A DNA stretch of 64,000 bases from contig CM059433.1 of NCBI GenBank assembly GCA_030390025.1, forward strand, positions 28,212,001-28,276,000, given 5' to 3'. The stretch comes from Squalus acanthias. Its lineage: Eukaryota. Positions 49,339 through 64,000 of this stretch are shown here, one piece after another. Positions within the stretch are counted from its first letter, which is position 1; every line of letters begins with the position of its first letter. A model generated the notes under the pieces. The model was given only the letters and a program-made list of their open reading frames with translations, did not search any database and was not told where the DNA came from. The translations under genes and the position numbers were made by a program.

Positions 49339-52182
49339 ATCATGTTTAGCTTCAGGTCTTAAAAGCTTTTAAGCACAGGAGTTATTTAAATATTCTGACT
49401 CAAATGGGCAGTGAATGTTGCACTAATGTTTCTACACAAAAGTGAAAATGGTCTTTAATAGATAGTTGGTTTCTTCCTACAAGTACAACCCTGAATTATT
49501 ACCATACACTTGAGTTACTCACTATAGACAGGTGTGGAAATATGATTTTGCCCTTACTAGTGCATGATGGGATACTTGACATCTAATGTATTTTGTACTG
49601 TTGCCTGTGGACTAAAGTCGAGTCAGCAGCAACTAACATAATGACATCTGGCCAAAGAATGAAAACAATTCTGTTAAAGGTCAATCTCGTTTCTCTTTAT
49701 CTGCATGAATACTGAAATAGCTTTGTACAGAGTTGACTAGCTACTTTTATACATGATCATATGGAACTGGTGTTCTCCACTGTACAAACATGATAATCAG
49801 ACATGAGTGAGTCCTTTTGGTAACAAGATTCACACAATGCCTCCTGACAGAATATAATTAACTTACCTTGTCTGAAGACATTTCTGTCCTGCTGACCTTG
49901 AGTGTCTTTGTTTAAACTCTTAATTCGTTTAAGATGATACAATACCTTTACACGTGATTTATGGAACGCTTGCCTGTTTTAATGTATAAATATGCTGCAT
50001 TCGCTAATGTTCTTTGGAGTGTGAGCCTAGCCATTGACTGGACTCTCGCTCCCCTTGCGCAAGTAAAAGAATAAAGCTTTGTTTATCTGACGGTACAGTT
50101 TGTTTCAGAGTCTTACTCGGAGTCGAGACTTCGACACAGGAGAGGGCCTTTCTATAGAATTCCTGTTTAAGTTTAATTTCATTTGTGTGAACAAAAAGAC
50201 TCCGATTTGGCATTAGTTAAAATGCTGTAAATTAAACAATGTTCTTTATTTCTGTTTCTATTCATCTTTTAGAAATCTGCAGATACAAAATGAAAAACAA
50301 GCTGCTTGTATTATTTTGCAGATAAGACAAATTAATGGAGAAGTTGTGATACTCAGTTGTTCTTCCTCAAATAAAATAAATTAAAAAGGAGCTTGTCGGA
50401 AATTTAAGTTCATTCTATGAATAAACTGCATCATAGGTTTGCTTGCTATTTATCTAACCACGCAGCTTTGTTGCTAATATAACAGTAACACAAAGCAGAG
50501 TTTGGCATCTTGCTGAAGGTCCAGCCAACTTTTTAAGTAGTATACCTTCCCCAGTTCATGTCACATTATTAATCATTTTCACTACGTTATTAATTCCAAC
50601 TTTAAGCCTCGTTAGAATTTGCCCCAACCTAACTTCATATCACTTCCTACCGGTAGAAAAGTGGCAGAAAATGATTGGTTGGCAAGAATGGTAAATAGGC
50701 AAGCTTCATTTGGCATCATTGCATAGAATTACATAGAGCCAATAGCACAGAAAGAGGCCATTCGGCCCAACAGGTCTATGCTGGTGCCACACGAGCCTCC
50801 TCCCACCCTCTTCATCCAACCATATCTGCGTAACCCTCTATTCCTTTCTCCCTCGTGTGTTTATCTAGCTTCCCCTTAAATGCATCTATGCTATTTGCCT
50901 CAACTACTCCTTGTGGTAGCGAGGTGCACATTCTAACCACTCTCTAGATAAAGAATTTTATCCTGAATTCCCTATTGGATTTAATGGTGACTATCTTATA
51001 TTTATGACTTCTAGGTTTGGTCTCCCCCACAAGTAGAAACAACTTCTCTACATCTACCCTATTGAACCCTTTCATAATTTTAAAGACCTGTGTTAGGTCA
51101 CCCCTCAGCCTTCTCTTTTTTAGAGAGGAGCACCAGCTGGTTCATTCGAGTGATAAAACTAGTGACTAAAATAGTGTGAAAGAGCAGAAGAGAATAAATA
51201 ACTGATTCAGAAGCCATTGTTCCATTATGAAGTTAGGATAGGTATTGTTGAAAATAAAGTTCACTCGATGATAGGCCTTCTGGTATGCAGTAAAACCTTG
51301 CAGTATGTTACGTTTACAGTTGTACACATAAATAATCTTTTACATTCCTGTCTAAATTCTAGGGCTCTTTTTAACAATTCTGTTACTGTGACACATGCAT
51401 TCTTCTGTATGATGCACTTTCAACAAATTGGAATAAAGTGAAAAAGATAACATTTGGTGTGATTAACTGGTGGAAAACAGGCCTTAGCTGTCTGCAGACG
51501 CAAGTTCCTTTGAGAATTGGTATTGGTGCTCAAAGTGAAACAATTTGCTTCATATACAGTGGCTGAAAGATTTTGAGAAACCATCTGTTGAAAAATAGTC
51601 CAGAGTACATTTGTGTACAAAAATACAGATGTTTGCACTATTAGCACAAGACTGTGTGGGATCACGCACTGCCGACCTGATTTCAGTTCAAAACTAGTTT
51701 AACCCCATAGTATCTTAACTTGGCAGTAGAGAGCACCCCTTTTAAACTCAAAGGAGGGAAATCAGGAAGCACTTTTTCCACATAAAGAGTAGCAGAAATC
51801 TGGAATTCTCTCTCCCAAAAGGCTGTGGATACTGGGGGACAATTGGAGCTTTCAAGACTGAGGTCGATAAGACTCTTGTTAGGTAAGGGTATCGAGGGAT
51901 ATGAGCTGAGGTAGGAAAATGGAGTTGAGGTACAGATCGGCCATGATTAAATTGAATGGCAGAGCAGGCTCGAGGGGCTGAATGGTCTACTCCTGTTCCT
52001 ATGTGCAAAGTATCCCATCAGGCAACTTGAGATTAAACGGCTGTACAAATCTGAACCTGGGCTGACCACTGTCAAATGAAATTCAAAATGAATAAATAGA
52101 TGGTAAAATCAAAATAGGAAGCATGCGCATTCCATGGATGGGATAGAAGTTGCAAAAGAAGTTGTTGCGAGGGTCTTAGGAA

Positions 52183-54222
52183 CGTTTGTTGAATTCCAGA
52201 GGTGAGGTGAGAGTGACTGCCGTTGACATCAAGGCAACATTTGACCGAGTGTGGCATCAAGGAACCCTAGTAAAATTGAAGTCTGTGGGAATCAGGGGGC
52301 AAACTCTCCACTGGCTGGAGTTATACCTAGCACAAATGAAGATGTTTGTGGTTGTTGGAGGCCAATCAGTTCAGCCCCAGGACATCGCTGCAGGAGTTCC
52401 CCAGGGCAGTGTCCTAGGCCCAACCATCTTCCGCTGCTATTGGGAAAGCCATTGTTTTCGGTCCCCGCCACAAACTCCGTTTCCTAGCCACTGACTCCAC
52501 CCCTCTCCCTAACATCTGTCTGAGGCTGAACCACACTGTTCGCAACCTTAGTGTCATATTTGACCCTGAAATGAGCTTCTGACAACATATCTGCAGCATA
52601 ACAAAGACCGCCTACTTCCACCTCCATAACATCGTCCGTCTCCGCCCTTGCCTCAGCTCATCTGCTGCTGAAACCCTCATCCATACCTTTGTTACCTCTA
52701 GACTTGACTATTCCAACGCACTCCTGGCTGGCCTCCCACATTCCACACTACGTAAACTTGAGGTCATCCAAAACTCGGCTGCCCGTGTACTAACTCGCAC
52801 CAAGTCCCGTTCGCCCATCACCCCTGTGCTCGCTGACCTACATTGGCTCCCGGTTAAGCAGCGCCTCGATTTCAAAATTCTCATCCTTGTTTTCAAATCC
52901 CTCCATGGCCTCGCCCCTTCCTATCTCTGTAATCTCCTTCAGCCCCACAACCCCCCAAGATATCTGTGCTCCTCTAATTCTGCCCTCTTGAGGATCCCTG
53001 ATTATAATCGCTCAACCTTTGGTGGCCGTGCCTTCTGTTGCCTAGGCCCTAAAGCTCTGGAATTCCTTGCCTAAACCTCTCCGCCTCGCTACCTCTCTTT
53101 CCTCCTTTAAGACGCTCCTTAAAACCTACCTCTTTGACCAAGCTTTTGGTCACCTGCCCAATTTCTCCTTATATGGATCGGTGTCAAATTTTGTTTTGTC
53201 TTAAAATACTCCTGTGCAGCGTCTTGGGACATTTTACCACATTAAAGGCGCGATATAAATACTTGTTGTTGTTGCTTCATCAATGACTTTCCCTCCGTCA
53301 TAATGTCAGAAGTGGGGATGTTCACTGATGACTGCACAGTGTTAAGTTCCATTCGCAACTCCTCAGATAATGAAGCGGTCCATGCTCGCATGCAACAAGA
53401 CCTGGACGACATTCAAGCTTGGGCTGATAAGTGGCAAGTAACATTTACGCCACATAAGTACCAGGCAATGACTATCTCCAACAAATGAGAGTCTAACCAC
53501 CGCTCCTTGACATTCAATGGCATTACCATCGCCGACTCCCCCACCATCAACATCCTGGGGGTCACCATTGTCAGGAACATAACTGGATCAGCCACATAAA
53601 TACAGTGGCAACAAGAGCAGGTCAGAGGCTGGGTATTCTGCACGCGTGTCTCACCTACTGACTCGCCAAAACCTTTCCACCATCTACAAGGCACAAGTAA
53701 GGAGTGTGATGGAATACTCTCCACTTGCCTGGATGAGTACAGCTCCAACAACACTCAAGAAGCTCAACACCATCCAGGACAAAGCAGCCTGCTTGATCGG
53801 CACCCCATCCACCACCTTAAACATTCACTCCCACCATCACCGGCACACCGTGTCTGCACTGTTTACCATCTACAAGATGCACTGCAGCAACTTGCCAAGG
53901 TTTCTTCGACGGCACCTCCCAAACTCACGACCACTACCACCGAGAAGGACAAGGGCAGCAAGCGCATGGTAACACCATAACCTCCAAGTTCCCCTCCAAG
54001 TCACACACCATCTTGACTTGGAAATATATCGCCGTTCCTTCATCGTCGCTGGGTCAAAATCCTGGAACTCCCTCCCTAACAGCACTGTGGGAGTACCTTC
54101 AGCACTCGGACTACAGCGGTTCAAGAAGGCGGCTCAGCACCACCTTCTCAAGGGCAATTAGAGATGGGCAATAAATGCTGTCCTTGCCAGCGACGCCCAC
54201 ATCCCAGGAACGAATGAAAAAA
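52183..54222 (+). mobile_element. LINE (CR1/L2 group) RT fragment interrupted by a nested L2
   Basis: DIKATFDRVWH and GVPQGSVLGP before the insertion; MFTDDCT and YKAQVRSVMEY after it; A-rich end. Confidence 0.88.
52440..53273 (+). mobile_element. L2 LINE 3' fragment nested in the LINE above
   Basis: SRLDYSNALL and LHWLPVKQRLDFKIL motifs; (GTT)n tail. Confidence 0.88.
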
Positions 54223-57200
54223 GGCTCAGGATTTTGTAATGGCTCGGGATTGTGAGGGGCCAGCTCAGGACAGGTATCAGAAAGCACTTCTTTCCAGAGT
54301 TGGAATCAACAAATGGAATAAGCTGCCAGGTAGACTGGTCTAAGCCGTTAAAAAAAAACCAGCTAGATGCGGTAATGGGACAGTCAGGTTTGGTATACTG
54401 GAAGGATGGAAGTGAATGGGCTTTCTTCAGCTGAACCTATTTTGAAATCTTGAGAGTACCAGTTCTGCCAGGACACCGAGCTGATGGGATAGCTTTTAGT
54501 GTTGCCAGTTCTGGTTTGATGTATTCCGAGAGGTTTCATCACATGTCTCAGCTCTAATCGCCTGGCCCCCATACTCCCGCCATTGGTCACCCAACACATC
54601 CATGCTTGTGGAGCCCCGCCTTCCCACACCATGTGTAAAGTGAAGATTCTTTGTTACTCGATTGGATGATTCTTGACTGTCAGTCAAACAGCCAATTTTC
54701 CCAACTCCAATATGTTTGCAACGAATAAATTAAAGTGCTCAAAGAAAATAAAAAGACATTGTTAAAAATTCATCCTATTATTTTCTCCTGGGTGTTGCTT
54801 GTTGCAGTGTCCTGGAGATGAATCTTTCATCCCTGGAGACTCCAGGCCAATCCTGGAGGGTTGGCAACCCCTTGACAGCTTTCAATCCATTCAAAATATC
54901 CAGAACAAAAATTACTTTGCGATTTAATACTTTGTTGACAAAGAATGAATTGCGAGTGGTTGCCACAGGGAGTGTGTTCGTGTCAGTGATCCCTCACATG
55001 GTGACTTGCTGATCTCAACCATTCTGCCCTGGCGAGCTGCCAAGCGTAGGCCAAAGAAAAAATATCAAAGGACTGGTGACCTCAGGCCACTCGCACGCCT
55101 TCCTGCAGCCAGCTGGGGAGCAGCATTGGAGAGATTCCAGAGCAGCTGTCGAGCTGGGAATTAGTTTTGATGGTATACCACTTGGCTATTTTCATTTTTT
55201 GCTGCGAAAGTTTGCTGCTCCTCCCGAAAGCACCAAGCAACTGTAACCACTCAAGCATGTGTTTCAAGGGCCAAGGCTAATGTGCTTAATATCTTAAAAG
55301 TTATCATGTAACAGCAGAGAATTTCGATCTTTACACTTTACTTTATACTGATCAAGGATCATTACCAGGAAAAGGTACAGGGCACAGCATAACTCCAGGG
55401 GAGAAAGTGTTACACTACCATTTATTGCTTAGAAACACTGGTCTGTTTACAGAACCTAATAGGGCGTATTTACAGTCCAAGTTAAGCACTGGTATGACAC
55501 GGATTCTGTGCTAAACTTGTATCGTGCGAATGTAGTTAAGGACTGGCCTGACTCTGGAGCAAATGCTGTCAATTCAAATGCATCTATTCCGCTCTTTCCC
55601 CACCCCCACAACTCCCACTGCAGGAATGACTAACTGCTTCTTGCCAGTTATCAAACTGCGTAAAATGTTCAACAGACAAGACAGAAAAAAAATGTAAATG
55701 TGTTTTTAGAAAAAAATTGGCGAACCATTTTAGCTTGTCTTGGACCAGCAAGACTTACAGCATCATATAACGAGAGATCTGTCCCATGAGAGCCATAGGG
55801 TGAAGTCGATGCGACTTGCAAAGGGTAACAGCGGGGGGGCGGGGAAATGGTCAGTAAGGAATAATAGTCAAGAAGTGTGTGTGTGAGGCACCTTAACTTT
55901 GCTGAGTATAGAAACCACAGGCTGTGTGTTACCACTCAGAGCGAATGCCTTGGCTCCCGAGCCTGAATGTGTTTGACAGAAGAAAACAGCAATGAATTCA
56001 CAAGTCAAAGAACTTGGTGGGCTTTTTTTTTTAATTAAGATCGTTACACAGATATGACAATAAAAAAAACTGTGCTAAAATTGTAGTGTGATTAGTTTTA
56101 GTGTGGCACTATGTAACATCGATACATGCATATCAGCAGTTGGAAGTAACAAATAAGGAACACTTATTAAATAAATCTCATTACCAGCTACAGTTGACCA
56201 CAAAACGGATTTATTACACACCTTAAAGTACAAACCCAGTAACAAATTCAGTATGACTGGTATACTGGGAGATCTCGGTATGCATCAGTGGAAGGGTGGT
56301 AAGTCAATCCATGCACGTTTGAACAATGACACCAGTACAATCATGATGCAAAAGTGAATTGGCTCCATTGCAAGTGGAGCAACCCATTCTGAAAATGCTA
56401 ACAGTGCTCTGTCTGCAAAAGGAGGCTTTTACTATGCAGAGCATAACTGTACCTGATCACATCTCAGCAAAATTGGGAGCACATAGAAACCAAGAGTCCA
56501 CACCTTCAGAAAAAATAAACCAAGGCAATACACAGTGCTTGTATAATTGGATTTAGTTAGCAAAAAGTATACAGCAGCAATTTTGTTCCATTTATTTATT
56601 TATTGGGATCCTATTCGTATATACCAAACTATTTCCTGCTTTGAAAGTATGCTGTGTGTGTATAGAGGCAGTCTATTTTAAAACCAAAATTAAATACGAT
56701 TTTCTGACTTGTATTAGCAAGAGTAGTTTAAACCAAGGGAGTATTTCAGGGTCTTCATGCTTCCCGTCTGCACATTGGAAATTCTGATGCACAATGGCCA
56801 TTAATTGAAATCACTAGAAAACCAGAGGCATTGCATTTCCTGATAAATTCCAATAGGCACTTCCAATGGGCAAGGCTGCTTGCTGGGAGCTTGACATCAG
56901 AAAACCATTCCTGTAGTCTGAACAGAGGTTTAAGTTGTGGATTAGATCCTGAAAGGAGGAGTGCACTTCTTGGCTCCCCTGGTGGCTCAGCAAGAAAGTG
57001 CAGCATCTGGTATCATACAAACCAGAAAGATGCCAGGATTGATTCCCAGTTTGTGCGGACACTGCAGCTGGAGCAGAAGCGCGGACACTGCAGCTGGATC
57101 AAATCTATGGGGCAGGAGGGAAATAACTATAGGTTTCGCACTTCTCATCCCATTAACTGCTCTTTTGTACTAGCAGGTTGCGTAATGGACTTGTGACTTT

Positions 57201-57278
57201 TACCTGTTATTTCCCTTCATGTTTTGATCAGTCCATGAAAGGACCTGGTCTGGCTTCCTTTTTCAGTTCAGAGAAAGA

Positions 57279-57966
57279 GGGCTGGATTTTCATTGACCCG
57301 TGGAGGCGGGTTTGGAGGTGTGTGGGGGGTTAAAATTGCGAAAACTGGCGGGCGGGCACAAGTCCGCCTCCATCCCGCCTCCACGCAATTTTCATTAAAT
57401 CGTGTCTGCTGGTCCCGACTCCGTCCCACCTTTAAGATGCAGGATAGGTTGTTAAGGCCCTTAACAAGCACTAAATTGGCTCTATAATGCCATTTTGAAA
57501 GGCCTGTGTGATTTTAACCCTTGTTCTACGTGAAGCACGCCTGTTCTGAATCACGATTGTGAAACCTGGCGGGAGCACATTTGGATATGGATAGTTCTGG
57601 CTGGCTGCATATATGGACAGCTATGTGGATGGATGTATATATGGATGGAGAGGAGACATATCTGGGAGTGGTGGTGTAAAAATATCTGGGTGCAGACTTA
57701 GGACTGCTGCTGCTCATTTTGCAGGTCCTCTCACAGCAAAGGCCAGGCAGTCTTTGAAGACCTTCAATGCAGCAGGAATGATGACATCATTAGAGGTGAC
57801 TTTCAGACTGAAAACACTAATTGGTTCATAGGTTCCCACATGCTGGAACTCAATTGCCCAATTAGGTGAAAATTGCATCAATCTCCCACATCCAATTGCA
57901 GTCGGGTGGATAACACGAAAAGTGGATAACACGACCCCAACCCACCCCAGTATCAAAATCCAGCCC
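57279..57966. mobile_element. Harbinger-like MITE
   Basis: Perfect 12-bp TIR GGGCTGGATTTT / AAAATCCAGCCC; AGA TSD. Confidence 0.72.
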
Positions 57967-57984
57967 AGAATCTCTACCCTTTAC

Positions 57985-58540
57985 CCAGGGTGAACTGATA
58001 GAGGTCTTTAAGATGAGGAAAGGGTTTGATAGGGTAGATGTGGAGAAGATGCCTCCACTTGCCAGGGGAGACCCAAACTAGGGGCCATAAATAGAAGACT
58101 TGATGAAATGAAACAGAGTTGTCTTTCCTCTTATTTTTCCCTCTTTAGAGCAGAGAAGGTTAAGGGGAGATTTAATAGAGGTGTTCAAAATCATGAAGGG
58201 TTTTGATAATAGCAAATGAAGAGAAACAGTTTCCAGCAGCAGAAGGGTTGGTAACCAGAGGACACAGATTTATGGTAATTGGCAAAATAACCAGAGGGGA
58301 GATGAGAAGAAACTTCTTTATGCAGCGAGTTCTTATGATCTGGAATGCACTGCCTGAAAAGGTGGTGGAAGCAGATTCAATAACTTTCAAAAGGGGAACT
58401 GGATATATACTGGAAAAGGAAACATCTACAGGGCTATGGGGAAAGAGCAGGGGAGTGGGACTAATTGGATAGCTCTTTCAAAGTGCTGCACAGGCACGAT
58501 GGTCTGAATGGCCTCCTTCTGTGCTCTATCATTCCATGCT
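57985..58540 (+). mobile_element. CR1 LINE 3' fragments
   Basis: RRNFFMQRVLMIWNALP motif. Confidence 0.82.
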
Positions 58541-59173
58541 GATTGGACTTGCTATGCATTTCCACATTTTCTGTTTTTATTTGATTTAGTTTTTTCTCCC
58601 ATCTGTAGGAGAGCGGAGAAAGGTATGCAGGCAAGACCCCTTACTGGACTGCTCAAAATGAGAGGGGAGGTGAGAACAGGCAACAGTGCACTCTTGGTGA
58701 GGAAAATAGGGGCCATTATGCCTTTAATTCCTGACTCCTCTCCCAGTCAAATAGTCTCTTCACATTCATCGTCTCGGCTCAATGTCTTGGGGGGGGGGGT
58801 GGGGTGGGGTGGTGGGGTGGGGGGGTGGCAACAGCTACATCCATGTGCATTTATATAGCGCATTTAACGCAGTAAAACATCCCAAGGGCTAGGGAGAAAA
58901 GGGGACCAAAACAGCTAACATCACAGCAGAAAAGGAAGGTAGTGGCCTGAAAATAATGGGTGATGCATCACAAAAACCATTAACCAAAAAGAATGATGAC
59001 TGCATAATACAGAGCAAGCAGGTGAACTCAACATCGCCAACTTTTGACACGCAGGGGATCAATACCTTACTTGTCATAATACTTGCACACTGACTGAAAC
59101 CCCACGCAAGCATTTTAGAATAGGAGGCAGTCACAGAGAATTCACAACTTACACAAGTTAACAAAAACTGTAT

Positions 59174-59853
59174 GGGGGCGAAATTCCCATGGTTAGCACC
59201 TCCCACTCAGGGCGCAAATGGCTTTTCGCCCCCCCGAGGCGCTAACCGCGCCTCCTGCGAAATTCTACAGGAGATTAGCGGCGGCGCTACCGAGTATCGC
59301 CCCGATTTTCTGCACCCGGAGGTCATGACGTCATCTCTGGGCGCAGCGCCCGGGAGAAAAATTCCCCCGCGCGCCCTGCAGGAGTGCCGGGCGATATTAC
59401 TGACTGCTGCAGGGGTCGTGAACAGTGAGGCCAGCCGCTCGCGGGGCGCCATTTAAAGGCGCGGTGGCCGGTCAACATGAAAAAAAATCGGCAATTGTTA
59501 AAAAAATTGAGCACCGGATGCGGGTTGAGTGCTGCGATCGATCAGCCCGCACCCCGGTGTTCCAGCAGATGCCAATAAAAAATGCAGAGCTCGCAGCGGG
59601 GAGCCCTTCCCTTTAATTGAGGGAAGAGCCCCTGCAACGCGGCAGCGCCATGAGCACATCGCCCCGGATCGGGACATTCCCCACCTCTTGCGCTGCAAGA
59701 GGCAAGTGGAGTGCTTGATTTAGCGCTCCACTTCCCTCTTGGAGCAAAAAATGGGAATTTCTCAAATTTCTGAAAAGAAAAGCGCCTGGCGCTAACTTTT
59801 CAAAATGTTTTGACTTAGTGCCCCAAATGGCCCTCTAGGGGAATTTCTCCCCC
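59174..59853. mobile_element. Harbinger-like MITE, CpG-rich
   Basis: TIRs GGGGGCGAAATTCCC / GGGAATTTCTCCCCC (one mismatch); TAT TSD. Confidence 0.75.
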
Positions 59854-62800
59854 TATATTTTTTCATCTGAAAATGCTGACCAGCAACTGCCCCCACGGTG
59901 CATCGATATACTTAAACAAGTGGTGATCTGCCCCTGGGTTTTCCACATAATGAGTGTCCAGTCTTCATGGGACTTATAACAGCAGAGATGGGTGGGGAAT
60001 AGCAAGAATAGAATTCAAAAACCAGGCCAAACAGTCCTCGTGCTCGAGCAGTGATGCAGGGGATAGGAATGGGAAATACTTTATTCAATGTACAAAAATC
60101 ATTCTTGTACAGTGATCAGAACTCTGGAGGTTGTTACTTATAACTCACTCCAATCGACCTATTCTATAGGTGCTGCGGTATTCATTCTCCAGAACTCATA
60201 ACATTCAGACTGGCTGCCAGCAGGTGCAGAGTCCACCGTATGTCTTGTGAATGTGACAGCAGCTTTTGCATCACACAATGAGAAGAGGCATATCTAAGGG
60301 CAAAAAAATTGCAGGGCTATGGGGAAAGAGCAGGGGTAGTGGGACTAATTGGACAGCACTTTCAAAGAGCCAGCACAGACGAAATGGGCCGAATGGCCTC
60401 CTTTTGCGCTATATTATTCTATGATTCTATAACGCAAGCCCTCTGTTGACTGGAAGTCACAGTTGTGGGTAATGAGAAAATTACATATTCTATAGATATG
60501 CAGCAGTAAAGATGACAAACTGTACAAAATGTCATCAAGGAAATGAGAGGTTGCTGCTACGGGACTAGTTTTATCAATGCGCACTCCCAAGCACGGTGTC
60601 TCAATCACTGGGAGATCGTGGACATGCTCATGATTTCTGTCCATTAAAATTCACGTGCGAGGCTGTGTGTCAAGGAGTGTGCATTGAGTCGAGCCAGCCC
60701 TCATAAAACCAAACCAGAATATCGTGAAAACGTACAGCAGACCGATCAGCTTAGAGAAAGATTGGCTAAAGCTTCCAAGCAGGACTTCATCCAAATAGCC
60801 CAAATCTCTACCCTCCTCCTCTTTCAGTCCTCAATTGACCAGTTGCGTATATCTTTTTATTCCAGATTTCAAGCATTTGCATTTTGTCCCTTCTCATTAC
60901 TACCATGTATCATCGATCATCTAGTAACAGTAGATAGGGACCCCAACTAAACCCTTTACCTGAAGGACAGGTAGGAATGTCGAAGCTGCAATAAGCCCAC
61001 ATTGTGGGCCTATGCACAAGGTTGGTTTTAAAACTACTTGCATCAAATCTCAACCTATATATATGTAATATATATAATAATACACAATAGCTTTGTTATG
61101 AAGACGTTACTAAAAAAAATCTTCAGTAGTGAATGGTACTTCTCGCAGAGTGTTTATGCTCGAGTGGAGCCGAAACACCAGCATGGAGCGGTTGTGCCAA
61201 GTGGCCTGTTCCTGTGCTGTACGTTCCATGTAATTCTATGAAAATGGCAGCCAAATGTTTTATATTTAACCATCTGGACACAAGAGACATCCAGCTTTCC
61301 AAATGCATATCTCTTTGGTTTTGGCCTGATGGTGAGCGTTATTTTCTTGCAAATGTTTAAATGGAGCATCATCGAGTGGAATCGAAGAAACGCGCACAGA
61401 TCCGAAGGACATCTTATTTACTCCAAATAAGAATGGAAAAATAGGAGAAAAGCACAAGTGATCAGTCAGCATGGGCTGGAGAAATTTAAGTCTGCTTTTC
61501 AGTGCAACTCATCGGAACTTCAAAAAGTTAAACCCATCTTTCTCCCTCAGAACCTGAGCCACTTGCAGCGCATATCCAGCTTTTCTTATTTTAGATTTGT
61601 AACATATGCATGTTTTTTTTTAAAACTCAAACTGTAAAGATTTTGCTTTTTAAATTTTGGTGCATTAAAACTATTGCAGTCCATAAAGGGATAAACATGA
61701 CCTTCATTCACAGAATCTGAAAATGTAAACTCAGTTAAATAATTGCGAGTTTAACCCCCAACATGGGGATACTTTTGTTTAAAAAAAGACTAAAATGGGG
61801 AGGAAACCATCTTTCACTGACTAATGTGGAATGCTTTAAATCTACTGGTGGAATTTAAGTTGTGGTACAAGTTAAAAATCTGATGGGCACCATAATTTAC
61901 CAGAAGAATCAACAAATGAATGTTCCTGCAAACTATTAGATCTGCAGCACTTGTTAGGTCTCAGTTAATAACCTCCACTCTCACCAGAACATAAAGTCCT
62001 CAGGAGTTTAGAATCCCATATATTCTAGTCAGGTGAGAATACTGTCCCATAACCTAGCAAAAAAAAATAATCTGAGGGCCCCCCCCCACCCCTCCCAAAC
62101 ATCATTGGCTAAATAACAGATACTGTCACTACAGATTGTCTTCAAGGGAACAGAAAGGAACCTTTCCTCCAGAGATCAAAGGCGTTGGATAGAGTTTATG
62201 ATAGAAGATTGTACATCATCTGTGGGAAATAGTGGGCCCGATAGGCCAAATGAACTTCTTAAATGCTCTTATATTTAGATTAAAATTCACACTGAACTAC
62301 ATAGCCCAGGAAAAACATCAGACTCGTCATATATACGAACACATTATGAGCAACTTTAAGGGGTGGTCCCATGTTCTTGTGAATGGCTGAATAATTAGTT
62401 GGTGCTCTTATTTCAGTCTTTTAACCTTGAACACTCCTGGCTAGAAACAGGACGGAAAAACGCAGTGCAAAACTTCCTCTGTAGTGACATGAATGGGCGG
62501 CAGCATCAGTTTTATGCTCCTGACATCACCGCAGGAGGCGATTCTACGCAAGGTGCCCGTTTCCTGGCAGTGATTCGAACAGCAGGTTTAAAAATCTGAA
62601 ACTTGAGAGGGCGACTGAGAAATAATACCAGTCTGTGAGATCTCCCGGACTGGTTTCGATCACCTGAGGGGGTTGGAGAGGAATTTTCCAGAGTACTTTT
62701 CCCCTTATTAGCCCTGGGTTTCTTCTGCCTCTCCCAAGAGACTACATGGCTGCGGGGGGCAGGGGGGTGGAGGGAAGAGGTGTTGTGTCATGATGATCTG

Positions 62801-64000
62801 TCCATCATGAGTGTGGGACAGGCTTGCCGGACCAGCTGGTCTTTTCCTGCCCGTCAATTCCAGACGTGCTAGTTAGGCTATGCGGGCAGTCAAAGTTCAG
62901 ATTGTGTCAAAATTCACAAAACCCTGCAAATTTATAGTGTCATCCATTAACTGCACTGACTGCAGTTGCTTGGGAAATATGGCCAACTGCGGACCGAACA
63001 CAACAAACCTGCCAAAAAGGCTGGACGGGGATGTATAGCAAGTTTTAACCGACGTAACATAAAAATAAAAACCATGCAGTCACGAACTTGCGATCGCGAG
63101 ATATGCAGAGTGGTAGAATGATTGTAGTGTTTTCAGCGATCAAGTAAAGCAAATTCAGATACAGGCTCCTGCTGCAGGTTGGACTTAGCATGTCATTCAG
63201 GACCCTGGTATGGTATTTCTTATATACTTGTTCGAAACAATGAAAGGCAAAGGCAATAATTGCAGTACTGACTTGGCACTCGTGCAAATCTCTTGCTCTG
63301 AATAATAAAGCCCGTGAAAGAAATTATCCAAAGTTTGCATGCACACAATCCACAGACATGATTACATTCAATAGAAAAATGTCTTAAGCATACAAACAGA
63401 AATTTATGACTACAAACATTAAAATATCAAATGGCGATTTCTTTTTTTACACATAAAATATCTAAACAGTACAATCAACTCAAACCATCTGAATATGAAA
63501 AAACTACTCCTAGTAGCAAAATATCTTGCTTCAGGCTGCATTCAACACTGAAATATTGCACAATTCATAAGAGTTAGTTCTGTCAATTAACAATCACAAA
63601 TGTAAAGCACAAATGGCAATGCGTTCGTTACATCTGTTAAAATGATAATAGAATTTCATAATTCATTACAACTTTTTTTCTTTAAAAAAGGGTTTTTAGT
63701 AAATTCCCTAAAGGAAAGTATTATAAGCTCGGTCTGGTGATTCTTGGTCCCGGTAACTGGACTACTCTCTCACTTGAAGGAAGTGCTTTCATGTATCAAT
63801 CACATTGCATTCATTACTGCTTTCCTTTTAGATAACGCGGTAGATCTGGCTGGATGCAGAAATGTAGCACAACTTGAGCACATTGATTTTCAGAATATAG
63901 CAGGTGACTAACTTGTAAACAAATCTAAAATCTCAACCAATCCATACAAAGCCGCAGCAATCAGACAAGCCAGTGATCGTTCCGTTTACAGCCGGGCACG

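Noticed and set aside
49860..49950. Possible minus-strand exon with a GTAAGT donor
   Set aside because: The acceptor is weak, the peptide is unrecognisable and there are no partner exons.
59174..59853. CpG-island-like patch as a gene promoter, and its short ORFs
   Set aside because: It is bounded exactly by TIRs and a TSD, so it is a MITE; no adjacent exon was found.

Overview
Eukaryotic, repeat-rich vertebrate DNA, almost certainly from a shark or other elasmobranch (HE1/V-type SINE, Deu-type SINEs, many CR1 and L2 fragments). There are two spliced + strand genes. (1) The 3' ten coding exons of ZNF451 (4600-30401; C2H2-type zinc fingers, PIN-like domain, C-terminal UIM region; 5' exons not found in the window). 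(2) The complete three-exon BAG2 (37005-47010). All introns are GT-AG and join in frame. The rest is mostly TE debris. The most interesting structures are: a young Penelope-like (GIY-YIG) retroelement with a perfect 240-bp inverted pLTR pair carrying minimal hammerhead ribozymes; a 221-bp palindromic double-hammerhead mini-element with a 14-bp TSD; a second hammerhead-bearing repeat family; a set of Harbinger-like MITEs with 3-bp TSDs and internal palindromes, one just upstream of BAG2; an internally deleted CR1; and an apparent extra UIM exon in ZNF451. Most ORFs in the supplied track are spurious or TE-derived. Repeat boundaries are approximate and family names come from recognition, not database searches.
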